Below are positions 50,624 to 62,868 of a stretch of 64,000 bases of DNA, piece by piece (within the stretch, counting starts at the first letter, position 1; each line of letters begins with the position of its first letter). Source of the DNA: Thermoplasmatales archaeon (GTDB lineage Archaea > Thermoplasmatota > Thermoplasmata > Thermoplasmatales > Thermoplasmataceae). Both the position numbers and the translations under genes were made by a program. The stretch spans positions 222,407 through 286,406 of the forward strand of contig DAIDBH010000017.1 in assembly GCA_027310185.1 (NCBI GenBank). The letters run 5' to 3'. The notes beneath the pieces were generated by a model that searched no databases, was not told where the DNA came from, and saw only the letters and a program-made list of their open reading frames with translations.

Positions 50624-50634
50624 TATATATATAT
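50624..50634 (-). repeat. (TA)n tract at TATA-box position upstream of cassette copy B
   Basis: 11-nt alternating TA tract 20-30 nt upstream of ATG 50604. Confidence 0.6.
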
Positions 50635-51023
50635 CTTATACTTATATAATTAACTCTCTTTTTTGGTCGTAATTATTTAAAAATGATAGAATAACTTAGG
50701 GTGTTTTAAAGTTTCATCAATTTTCACAAGTAGGAATTCTGTATATTACAAGGAACGCCTCAATCTTCACAAACAATCAATTGAATACATTCTTGTATTA
50801 ATTTTTGTAAAAGATTTACACAATCAGTGAATTCCTAATGTGCTGCAGTTAGGTAACATATCTCAACTCTTCTATAACAGGATTCCAATGACCAAAAATT
50901 GACGTTAAACTTATTAGATCGTGGATTCTAAATAAAATGACTCATAATACTAAATCAAAAAAAATTACAAATTTCTTAAAAAAAATAGGCACTTGGTATG
51001 ATTAACCAGTTAAGTTCTTTAGC

Positions 51024-53948
<2,925 letters not shown>

Positions 53949-54059
53949 TTTACTGGAACATTAACTGGCTTCATAGATTATTTATTAATCTCATACCCTT
54001 CCCCTTTGATATCTATTCAAAGAGTGCATCTTTTAGTGCGTATCACTCGTATTAAACGG

Positions 54060-54075
54060 ACCTTTATTAATATTG
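54060..54075 (-). promoter_or_regulatory. Probable TATA box of the 23S rRNA transcript
   Basis: AATATTAATAAA on minus strand ~115 nt upstream of the rRNA 5' end; position-based inference. Confidence 0.35.
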
Positions 54076-54185
54076 TGGTAAAGCCATGATTTTACCTATT
54101 TCCTCTCAATTAGTTCTATAATAGTAACAGTGAGTCGTGCTCATCGTTCATATGCTGACTCTGGTTCTTTTCTTTTGCCTGTGCT

Positions 54186-55154
54186 TCAAAGTTTTATGTT
54201 AAGATTCCTGTTTACGTACCTATCCATTGTAATTTCAGCTATGTCGGTTGAATAAAGGCCTATTCTGGATATTTCCTCAACTATTCCTGAGTATGAAACA
54301 TCACCATACTTTTTCTTCATAAGCTGAACCTTGGTTGCTATTATGTTTGACTTTACATTTACTATCTCGTTCAGTGCCTTGAGGTCAGCACCCAAAAATG
54401 AAGTTGTAGCTTTCTGGAACACTTCATAACAGTACATTATGAACTGCATTAATTCTGCTTTCTTCTTCTGATCAAAATTTGGTGAATCTTTCAGTATTGT
54501 GCAGATATTTACCGTATGATCTGCAACTCTCTCCAGTATTCTTGAGAAAATAAGATTAAAAATAGTGTCGTTTCCTTCATATTTGCCAATAGAGATCTCT
54601 TTCATCATATAGAAATGGTACCTGTCAACATCGTCATCCCTGCCGATTATATTTTCCATTAGATCAGACTCCATGCTGTCCAGTGCCTTTGCAGTGTCAC
54701 CTAACATGAGCTGTACATTCATTATCATTCTCCGTAATGCAGTAGTCAAAGGAAATGACTCAGAATCAAGCACATTTTGCAGTGTGAGTGCCTTAGCAGA
54801 TTCTTCAAAAATTTCAACTCCCATTACTAGCCTTGAGAATTTTTTTACAATATCCTTTATTTCCTGGCTTATGTAGCTTTCACTTTTAATTATAAGAGTA
54901 TCAAACCCTGAAATATATAGAGAAACAAGGGTTCTTGGCAAAAGATCATTTGAAAGATTCCCTGTAATTTCAAGTTCTTTCACAACCTCCCTCCTCTTCC
55001 TTTCGTTTGGATATAGTGTTAATGAATCACCCATTGATTCAATCGTAACTGTACTTCCCTTTTTTATCTGGTTTGCTTTTACCCATGTAGGCGGCAGTGA
55101 TACTATATATGTTGATCCTCCAGTAATTTGTATCTTTCTCGATTCTGTATGCAT
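54186..55154 (-). CDS. phoU: Phosphate uptake regulator, AbrB + PhoU domains
   Basis: RKIQITGGSTYIVSLPPTWVK AbrB domain; RDDDVDR and RILERVADH PhoU motifs. Confidence 0.9.
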   Translation of the reverse strand: MHTESRKIQITGGSTYIVSLPPTWVKANQIKKGSTVTIESMGDSLTLYPNERKRREVVKELEITGNLSNDLLPRTLVSLYISGFDTLIIKSESYISQEIKDIVKKFSRLVMGVEIFEESAKALTLQNVLDSESFPLTTALRRMIMNVQLMLGDTAKALDSMESDLMENIIGRDDDVDRYHFYMMKEISIGKYEGNDTIFNLIFSRILERVADHTVNICTILKDSPNFDQKKKAELMQFIMYCYEVFQKATTSFLGADLKALNEIVNVKSNIIATKVQLMKKKYGDVSYSGIVEEISRIGLYSTDIAEITMDRYVNRNLNIKL

Positions 55155-55214
55155 AAGAGTCTATATGGAAAATACATATTTAGTTTATCTATATAGTAAT
55201 TATAAGAATATATA

Positions 55215-55991
55215 TTATTTTGTCATTCTCTGGGTTAACTTCCTTCGTGAGTTGCTTACTGATTTACTAAACAGCAGAAATACGAGGAATATTACAAGCA
55301 GGAGAACATAAAGTGGTGTATAATTTAGAAGTAGAGAAAGTGCAAAAATGTTTTCTGAATATACAATTGGACCCCGAACAAATCCTGTTGTAACATTGCC
55401 ACTCACGCCTGGAGATGTGAAATTCAGTATGACTTCCACGTAATAATCACCGTCGTGTAAATGATTGAATGTATAATTAACCGCGATTATTCCATTGCTG
55501 GTGGTTACATTCTGAAGAGAAACCTTGCATGTCAGGTTTAGAAACTCCCCTGATGAATATGCCATGAAATAGGGCTTATATGAATGATTTGTACTCACTC
55601 CATAAAATGTTGCGTTTACCCGGTATTGAGGATATACACCAGAATATGGTGATATGTAGATTGAGAAATGAGAATCATTTGGTGTCTTTCCCTGCAACAC
55701 ACCTGGGTTTTCATATGAAACCGGCGTGAGTATGAGTGTCTGCACCAGAAGTAATAGGACAAATATGGGAATTGCGTATTTTAATCGTTTCTTCATACCC
55801 CATGTATCTGTGTAATGAGCTGCAATAAATATTATTATTGGGATCAGGAAAATTATGTAAAGCAGTGCGGTTACAAAGATGAATATCAGTATTACAAGTA
55901 TAGAAGGTATTATGGCGAGAAGTGGAAATGTTAGAACCCTGTTCTTTTTAAGAAAGGTTGATAGGGGCGTTTCATTTTTTTTCGAACTCAA
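55215..55991 (-). CDS. Hypothetical membrane protein (3 N-terminal TM, extracellular domain, C-terminal TM)
   Basis: Hydropathy pattern; several N-x-S/T sequons in the soluble loop; TTG start. Confidence 0.65.
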   Translation of the reverse strand: MSSKKNETPLSTFLKKNRVLTFPLLAIIPSILVILIFIFVTALLYIIFLIPIIIFIAAHYTDTWGMKKRLKYAIPIFVLLLLVQTLILTPVSYENPGVLQGKTPNDSHFSIYISPYSGVYPQYRVNATFYGVSTNHSYKPYFMAYSSGEFLNLTCKVSLQNVTTSNGIIAVNYTFNHLHDGDYYVEVILNFTSPGVSGNVTTGFVRGPIVYSENIFALSLLLNYTPLYVLLLVIFLVFLLFSKSVSNSRRKLTQRMTK

Positions 55992-56221
55992 TTTTATTCC
56001 AACAGGTAATGGAAAATTATCATTTTATAGTTTCCTCTTATTTTGCAGGGTTGAAAAAATTGCTGCTTCAAAAAAATTCCATGGATATTGTGATAATGTA
56101 CGTTTTACATTATAAGTCAACCTATGAGATTCTAAAATTTTCTATTTTAAGAAATAGCTAACCTTATATTACGACAGGTAATATTTTCTAAAAGTTTTAA
56201 CAATAATAATATTACCTAATT

Positions 56222-56827
56222 ATGGATTATACCCTCATGCTTCCTACGGTTAAGGAGATTTCCAAGATGAGAAAGTCTCTGGGAATAAGGCAGAGAGAAC
56301 TTGCCTCTGTATGCGGTGTCAGCCAGTCCTATATTGCAAGGCTTGAGAAAGGAGACATTAATCCCACCTACGAGAATATAAGAAAAATCTACAATTACCT
56401 ACAAAGCCATTCTAAGAAGGCAGACCAGATGGACATAGAAGTTTCCAAAATAATGACGACTAATGTTGTTGTCTGCCAGGCAACAGATTCAATAATTACA
56501 ACACTGGACATACTAAAAAAGTATGGGATTTCACAGATGCCCGTATTGAATTCAGAAATGAGGGTAGTTGGTACCATTGGGGAGGGAGAAGTGAATGAAT
56601 TTCTTATGAAGGGGATTTCTCCAGATGCACTTAAGAAGATGACGGTTTCAAAGATTATGAGTCCTGCGCTTCCCCAGCTGCCTCCAAATACTCCCATATC
56701 GGCTATTTATCCAATATTGAGGTTCTCTAACGCGGTACTTATAACTGACAAACTTGAATTAAAAGGGATAATAACCAAGGCAGATATACTGAAAGCTGTA
56801 GAGACATATGCAGAACCTGGCATTTAA
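56222..56827 (+). CDS. XRE-type HTH + CBS-pair transcriptional regulator
   Basis: RKSLGIRQRELASVCGVSQSYIARLEKG; tandem CBS (ISQMPV, GIITKADILK). Confidence 0.9.
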   Translation: MDYTLMLPTVKEISKMRKSLGIRQRELASVCGVSQSYIARLEKGDINPTYENIRKIYNYLQSHSKKADQMDIEVSKIMTTNVVVCQATDSIITTLDILKKYGISQMPVLNSEMRVVGTIGEGEVNEFLMKGISPDALKKMTVSKIMSPALPQLPPNTPISAIYPILRFSNAVLITDKLELKGIITKADILKAVETYAEPGI

Positions 56828-57362
56828 TATCCTGGCTGGACTGTTTGCCTTCATTCCCGCGCTGGTAGCCAACCCCGGGGCAGTCATCACGGGGGGAAGA
56901 GGCAGGATGGATTTTGGAAGGAATTTCATAGATGGAAGAAGAATATTTGGAGATGGAAAAAGTATAAGCGGGTATTTTGGTGGAATATTCATAGGTTTCA
57001 TCTCAGGTATAATAGTTCTTCCCATCCTGTCATTTCTCGGACTTTTTCAGTTCCATGTTTCATTAGAAACAATGATAATAGCATCATTGAGCCTTGCGTG
57101 GGGGTCCCTTACAGGTGACCTTGTTGGTTCATTCATAAAGAGAAGAAGGAATATGAAGAGCGGAGAAAAGGGAAATCTCTTGGATATGTGGCCCTTTGTT
57201 ATTTTCGCCTTTCTCTTCCTTTTTTTGATTTCTAGGTCTTTCTTTATGTCTCTTTATGGAAATTTTATAGATATTGTGATAATACTTGTGATCACACCGC
57301 TCCTGCACAGGGGTGTAAATATAATGGCATATAAGATGCACAGGAAGGATGTTCCATGGTAG
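56808..57362 (+). CDS. carS: CDP-archaeol (CDP-2,3-bis-O-geranylgeranyl-sn-glycerol) synthase
   Basis: PALVANP, MDFGRNFIDGRRIFGDGK, GDLVGSFIKRR, ITPLLHRGVN, KDVPW. Confidence 0.9.
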   Translation: MQNLAFNILAGLFAFIPALVANPGAVITGGRGRMDFGRNFIDGRRIFGDGKSISGYFGGIFIGFISGIIVLPILSFLGLFQFHVSLETMIIASLSLAWGSLTGDLVGSFIKRRRNMKSGEKGNLLDMWPFVIFAFLFLFLISRSFFMSLYGNFIDIVIILVITPLLHRGVNIMAYKMHRKDVPW

Positions 57363-57715
57363 AAGAGATGAAGATGATAATCGGTGTAAGAAAAGATCTT
57401 GACATGGGCAAGGGAAAGATAGCAGCTCAGGCTTCACATGCTGCCGTTAATTGCGCTCTCTGGGCTCAGAAAAACAATAAGAAGGTGTTCAGAGAATGGG
57501 AGTCGCAGGGCCAGAAAAAAATCGTGATAAGGTTGCAGAATCTTGAAGAACTTTACAGATTGAAGACACAGTGCGAAAATATTGGTCTGAATACATCTGT
57601 AATCTCAGATGCAGGCTATACGCAAGTTGATCCCGGAAGTACAACATGTATTGGAATTGGGCCTGCCCCATCAGATATAATTGATAAAATAACCTCTGAA
57701 TACCCTTTACTTTAA
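57356..57715 (+). CDS. pth2: Peptidyl-tRNA hydrolase 2
   Basis: VRKDLDMGKGKIAAQASHA, GQKKIV, DAGYTQV, GIGP. Confidence 0.95.
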   Translation: MVEEMKMIIGVRKDLDMGKGKIAAQASHAAVNCALWAQKNNKKVFREWESQGQKKIVIRLQNLEELYRLKTQCENIGLNTSVISDAGYTQVDPGSTTCIGIGPAPSDIIDKITSEYPLL

Positions 57716-58236
57716 TGTTCTTTATTTTCATTCTCTGTGATGGCGTACCTGGTTATCCAGTGCCCACAGATATTGCATTTGTCCAGTCGTGTGCTGTATT
57801 TTGCGCCACATCCCCTGCAGAGATAGCCCCATTTAATACTCTTTCTTATTGCCTCTATTCCACATCCATAATACTCTATCCCCATTGCTGAACACACATT
57901 CTGAAGTGAGTAATCGTCTGAAATAACAACTCCGCAGTATTCCTTTGCTATAGCTATGATTTCCATATCAGTCTGGCTCAGATAGGGAAAGTCTCCAGTC
58001 TTTCTTGAAGCTGCCCTGACCTCTTCCATATATTCCTGCCCTGGAGAAGCTGTTCTTATGATGTTCAGATCATGACCAATGACCCTGCTCATTTTGCCAT
58101 GTTTGATCTCACCTATAACACTTGTAGGAACAATACAGTTCATTGACAGAATCTCTATTTTTCCTGTAAGTATGGCTGAAGTATCTGGAATTATGAGTTT
58201 TTCACCAAGATTTATCTTCTCCTGTTTTCCCGCCAT
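57712..58236 (-). CDS. nob1: Nob1-like PIN endoribonuclease with Zn ribbon
   Basis: DTSAI, TGD..LSQTD, SDDYSLQNV, CRGC...CNICG; start moved to ATG 58236. Confidence 0.88.
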   Translation of the reverse strand: MAGKQEKINLGEKLIIPDTSAILTGKIEILSMNCIVPTSVIGEIKHGKMSRVIGHDLNIIRTASPGQEYMEEVRAASRKTGDFPYLSQTDMEIIAIAKEYCGVVISDDYSLQNVCSAMGIEYYGCGIEAIRKSIKWGYLCRGCGAKYSTRLDKCNICGHWITRYAITENENKEH

Positions 58237-58237
58237 T

Positions 58238-59392
58238 TCAGTCTCTATCCTGTACTGGTATGTATTTTCTTGGTCCCTTTTCTCCGGAGTAAAGTGCCTT
58301 TGGCCTGAATATTCTGTTATCCATTGAATATTCAAGTGCCCTGGCTACCCATCCGGAAATCCTCCCAGTTGCAAAGATAGGGGTGAAGATCTCCGGTCTG
58401 AAGCCCATTGCATCATATATCATTCCTGAGTAAAAATCAACGTTGGGAAATATTCCTCTCTCTCCAAATCTATTGATCATCAGCTCTTCTATTACCTGAG
58501 CGGTTTTGAAAGTTTCATTTCCCTTGCGTTCGGCAAAATATTCTGCATATCTTTTCAGGATCTTTGCCCTCGGATCATATACCTTATATACCCTATGCCC
58601 AAATCCCATCACGCGCTCTCCTTTATCTGTCATTGCCTTGAGTGCTTTCTCTGCATTTTCTGGACTTCCCACTGATTGGATCATTTTTAGTGCCCTCTCA
58701 TTAGCTCCGCCGTGCAATGGTCCCTTTAAAGTTCCTATTGCAGAGGTGATGGCAGAGTACATATCCGCCATGGTTGAGATCGTAACAAGTGCCGAAAAAG
58801 TAGATGCATTCATACCATGATCTGCGTGTATTATTAGAGCAGTATCCATTATCTTTGACTCAACAGGATCTGGTCTTGAACCGGTTGACATGTAAAAGAA
58901 ATTTGAAGCGTATCCCAGTTCCGGATCTGATCTTATTATTTCCTTCCCGGAATATACCCTGTTTATAGCACCAACTATGGATGGCATTCTTGCAATCAGG
59001 CTTATACCAATCCTTTCCTGGTTTTCAACAGAATTTTCAGATTCCTTCCTGTCAAGTACAGAAAGATAGGAAATTACGGTTCTCAGTGCTGACATGGGGT
59101 GTGTCCTTCCACCAATGGCTTTAATGAGTGAGAGGACTTCGTCCGGTAGTGGCATCTCTCCCCTCAATCTTTTTACATATTCCTCATATTCCGTTCTTTT
59201 TGGAAGGCGACCGTAAAGCAGAAGATAGGATACTTCTTCATAATTGCTCTGCTCTACAAGACTGTTTATTTCATATCCTCTGTAAAAAAGTTTCCCATCA
59301 GATCCATTTACATATCCTATCCTGGTTTCTGCCGCTATTACACCTTCGAGCCCTCTTCTCAATTCTTCCTTTGTTTCGCTCCCTTCATTCAT
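58238..59392 (-). CDS. gltA: Citrate synthase (archaeal type; 2-methylcitrate synthase not excluded)
   Basis: GLEGV, LFYRGY, HADHGMNAST, GPLHGGANE, MGFGHRVYK, FPNVDFYSG. Confidence 0.93.
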   Translation of the reverse strand: MNEGSETKEELRRGLEGVIAAETRIGYVNGSDGKLFYRGYEINSLVEQSNYEEVSYLLLYGRLPKRTEYEEYVKRLRGEMPLPDEVLSLIKAIGGRTHPMSALRTVISYLSVLDRKESENSVENQERIGISLIARMPSIVGAINRVYSGKEIIRSDPELGYASNFFYMSTGSRPDPVESKIMDTALIIHADHGMNASTFSALVTISTMADMYSAITSAIGTLKGPLHGGANERALKMIQSVGSPENAEKALKAMTDKGERVMGFGHRVYKVYDPRAKILKRYAEYFAERKGNETFKTAQVIEELMINRFGERGIFPNVDFYSGMIYDAMGFRPEIFTPIFATGRISGWVARALEYSMDNRIFRPKALYSGEKGPRKYIPVQDRD

Positions 59393-59607
59393 ATTCTTCA
59401 ACCCTTTTTGTGAAAATTATGGTCTTCCATGCACGAATGCCATACCCATGCCTTAATATATGAAAATGGCTAATTAACATTTCTTTGAAAGTAATGCTTT
59501 TCAGTTCATGGAATGAAAATAATGAATTTCCCTATTTTTAGATGAATAGTAACACTTCATTTGTATTGTTTTTAAGAAGATATCTTATACAATATGTTTA
59601 TATATCG

Positions 59608-59625
59608 ATATCGGATAACCGATAT
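59608..59625. promoter_or_regulatory. Inverted repeat ATATCGG-ATAA-CCGATAT at padR start; candidate autoregulatory operator
   Basis: Perfect 7-bp arms with 4-nt spacer, overlapped by palindrome ATATCGATAT. Confidence 0.55.
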
Positions 59626-60061
59626 GATAACCATGATGGGAAATATGTTTGGTAAAAGAAGAGACTTGAGGTTCACTATTCTCGCAGTGCTGAGAAGTGG
59701 GCCTAAGAATGGCGCAGAGATAATGGATTCAGTTGAGAAAATGACATTCGGAATGTGGAGACCATCTCCGGGATCATTATACCCAATGCTTCAGAAGATG
59801 GTGGATGAGAATATGATCAAGAAAGATTCTTCCGGAGCTTACAGCCTTACACAGGAATCAGACAACTGGTTTGGGATGGGGCATATGCATAATCCATTTT
59901 CTGGAAACTCTCCAAGGAATTTTGATGAGGCTATTGATGAAATCAAGGGGTTGGTCAATTTCCTGGAAGACATAAAGGCAAATGGAAGCACAAAATTGAA
60001 GGAAAACAGGGATGAACTTGATAAGATAGCAGATAGAATAAAGAAGCTTACAGTTGATTGA
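59624..60061 (+). CDS. PadR-family transcriptional regulator
   Basis: LRFTILAVLRSGPKNGAEIM, WRPSPGSLYPML; start uncertain (59624/59633). Confidence 0.9.
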   Translation: MITMMGNMFGKRRDLRFTILAVLRSGPKNGAEIMDSVEKMTFGMWRPSPGSLYPMLQKMVDENMIKKDSSGAYSLTQESDNWFGMGHMHNPFSGNSPRNFDEAIDEIKGLVNFLEDIKANGSTKLKENRDELDKIADRIKKLTVD

Positions 60062-60128
60062 GTTTCTTTAATCACGTTTTATAATATTGATTGGAGTTTG
60101 AGGGAAGCACTAAAACTCCAATGGTTTA

Positions 60129-61562
60129 TCATGGAGGGGACGTAAGAATCCTGACAGGTAAAAACGTATCAGGGGCTTCATCATCTATATTAATTTTTGC
60201 TGGAATGTTGATTTTACTGTCCAGTATAATATCGATCTTTCTCCAGTCTTCCTTATCCTGGGTAAATGTGCTCTTTTTAACATGAATTTGATTCTCAAAA
60301 AAATTCATCATTTCATTTACTGGAATTGACCTCCCTCTGTGTAAATATATGGATTCATTTTCAGTATCCCTCATTGACATATTATCCACATTGATGCTTT
60401 CAATTAAATAGAATTCTTCCTCGTCCTCATATTTGTCGCAAATGTAAATATCTGGAATTTTTAAAATACCTGCTTTTTCCGCGTCACTGGATATGAAGTT
60501 GCTCTGACCGGCTCCCTCCTTAATGAACTGTTTTGAGATTACAGGAACAGAGATTCCCTCATATCCCATAATGGAGAACAGGGAAGACTGCTTCTTACCC
60601 AGAAAACTGATTTCATTCCTGTTCCATTGAAAATTTGTAAGGATTATGGATATTTTTTCAATTGTAGACTCTCTGAATTCCCTTAAAGCCATGAAACCAT
60701 GCATATTCAACCAGAGTACAATCCCTTCTTCTGGATCGTTTCTCATTATTATTTTTTCCAGGTTTGCCCTGAAATTTTCAACCATTACTATTCTTTGCCC
60801 CATTAAGACTGGTATAATGAGTTCTTCAATCACATCGGGACATGATGTGGGTTCTTTCTGGATTGCAAATGCCTGGTTCCGTCTCAATGGAAAGAGATCC
60901 ATTGTTAGCTTCAGTGCCGAAATTACTTTCTTGAATGTATAATTCAGGAAGGTGAATGATGAATCCTTTCTCCACTGTATTTCAGATATGGCTATGTCAG
61001 TGAATATGTCAATATGCTCCCCTTCTTTAGCTTCATCATAGCACATTTCTTCCATTACTGCTCTCTGTCTGGTGCCCCTTATTCTGTAATCATCCATATC
61101 CTGATTTCTTCTTGCTGTTATAGACCTGAATTCACTGGAGCTGGTAAGTATGTTATATATATTTGAGGTTTCATCCCTGTTTATATGGCTAAACAGGGAG
61201 TCATATGTGATTATTCCTGATATTTTCCCACTTGTTGCTATTTTATCTATCAACTCCAGCGGGGTCTTTACATCAAGTGGAATTGCACTCACTCCGTTTC
61301 TCCACAATGCAAAATAGGAAAGCAACATCTGGTAGCTTGGGGGCAGGATTATGAGAACCCTCTGGCCTTTCTTCATAGGAAAATTCTCCATCATTGATGA
61401 TGCAAGTGATTTCACCATTTCCTCAAACTGCCTGTAACTCCATAAATTGTTTCCATAACTGGCTACAGGGTCACTTTCAAAATTTGCTACTGTGTAGTCA
61501 AGAATATCATCCACTGATTTTATCCTTTCCGGATCTATATCGTCCAATGACCTTGTATACAA
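60129..61562 (-). CDS. Degenerate AMP-binding (acyl-CoA synthetase-like) protein
   Basis: N-terminal ANL pattern (WSYRQF...KKGQRVLIILP...YFALWRNG..AIPLD) but no TSG(S/T)TGxPKG or TGD motifs. Confidence 0.6.
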   Translation of the reverse strand: MYTRSLDDIDPERIKSVDDILDYTVANFESDPVASYGNNLWSYRQFEEMVKSLASSMMENFPMKKGQRVLIILPPSYQMLLSYFALWRNGVSAIPLDVKTPLELIDKIATSGKISGIITYDSLFSHINRDETSNIYNILTSSSEFRSITARRNQDMDDYRIRGTRQRAVMEEMCYDEAKEGEHIDIFTDIAISEIQWRKDSSFTFLNYTFKKVISALKLTMDLFPLRRNQAFAIQKEPTSCPDVIEELIIPVLMGQRIVMVENFRANLEKIIMRNDPEEGIVLWLNMHGFMALREFRESTIEKISIILTNFQWNRNEISFLGKKQSSLFSIMGYEGISVPVISKQFIKEGAGQSNFISSDAEKAGILKIPDIYICDKYEDEEEFYLIESINVDNMSMRDTENESIYLHRGRSIPVNEMMNFFENQIHVKKSTFTQDKEDWRKIDIILDSKINIPAKINIDDEAPDTFLPVRILTSPP

Positions 61563-61864
61563 ATAATTATTAATAACTTATAGGGTGTTAAAGACCAGTT
61601 TAGGTTTTCTAATAACCAATCAAATAAACCCTAGCATTTATTTAGTATGCATTTTTGCGCATATGTGAATCTCAATTGATCATATGGTAATAGAGAATAT
61701 CACTCATTGGGTATGAATTCTGAATGATCTGGGAGTTAATGATACAGATAAGGGTAGAATATCAAACATCCATCTAAAAAAGATGTTAGAGTTGTTCTTT
61801 TATGGATCATGTTAAACATGATTGATGAACAGGCTGAGATCCTAATAAATGACAGAACCATATT

Positions 61865-62848
61865 TTAAACAACTTTTGAATAATTTGAACTTCTCTCGGC
61901 AGTTATGTTTCCAGTTTCCGGGTTGTAAATAAATTGAATGTATACAGGTAGTGTATCCGCAAATGAAGATGCGGATATGTTAATTAAAGACCTAATTTTA
62001 GAGTTATTTATCTGGAGTAATTGATAATTATTTCCCTGAGTTAATGGTATATACCATATAGACTCCTGGAAGTCCTGTATGATTGGATAGATTTTATCGT
62101 TCTTATTATCCTTGTAATAGATCTCATTGAAGAATTTGAATGGGTGCCCTTGCGAAACGCTACATGGTGATATGAAATCAGGTTCAGAAATTTCAAATGT
62201 TGTTTTTTTGGAGCAAACTGAATATGTATTTTCAAGTCCATGTTGGGTGAAGATTGTTACATCGAAGTTTATTGAGTTTGCAGGATCGACTATTCGAAGA
62301 AAATTTAAATAACTATCTGCAGACCATTTATTTGACCTATTGCAATATATTGAATCCATGGTATACTTTTTGTTTAGTTCGATGGTACTTGGAGTTGATG
62401 TAAAATTTGAGGTTGATGTAATTTTATAATTTATGTGAGAATTGAAAGTGGTATTTGCATATATAGATAAGTCAAACAAATAAACAGGAGTTTTTAGCAT
62501 TTTCCAGTTTACATAAGCCTGGCACTCACACACTTTTAAATCACTATTGAGATAGTAGTTCTTTTTTCCCACTAAATCCTTAGAGACTAAATTTTGGGTA
62601 GAAATAAAGCTATTCCCGTGTAAAAAGAGGGGGAGGCAACACCGTCCTTTAGACTGGCTTGAATTGGTATTGAAATATTTCAATCCATAATACTGATTTA
62701 TATTTGCATTTTCGTTTCTTAATATTCCTATCTCATTACTGCTTCCAAGAATCGTTGCTGGAAATATTGCAAGTATTACCAGAATTGCTAAAACTACAGC
62801 AATTAAGGGAATAAATATTTTTTTTCCTATTTTAATGTTCTTAATCAT
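61865..62848 (-). CDS. Orphan secreted/membrane-anchored Asn- and Cys-rich protein
   Basis: AAGGAGG SD; basic N-terminus plus hydrophobic helix; 7 Cys; 20 bp downstream of previous ORF. Confidence 0.7.
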   Translation of the reverse strand: MIKNIKIGKKIFIPLIAVVLAILVILAIFPATILGSSNEIGILRNENANINQYYGLKYFNTNSSQSKGRCCLPLFLHGNSFISTQNLVSKDLVGKKNYYLNSDLKVCECQAYVNWKMLKTPVYLFDLSIYANTTFNSHINYKITSTSNFTSTPSTIELNKKYTMDSIYCNRSNKWSADSYLNFLRIVDPANSINFDVTIFTQHGLENTYSVCSKKTTFEISEPDFISPCSVSQGHPFKFFNEIYYKDNKNDKIYPIIQDFQESIWYIPLTQGNNYQLLQINNSKIRSLINISASSFADTLPVYIQFIYNPETGNITAERSSNYSKVV

Positions 62849-62868
62849 GTTTTGCCTTCCTCCTTAGA

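Noticed and set aside
54128-54162. GAGTC...GACTC hairpin between phoU and the 23S promoter
   Set aside because: No convincing C/D or H/ACA boxes; could be chance or a terminator
58237-58335. N-terminal extension of Nob1 in the ORF track
   Set aside because: Overlaps the citrate synthase C-terminus; ATG 58236 directly follows the gltA stop
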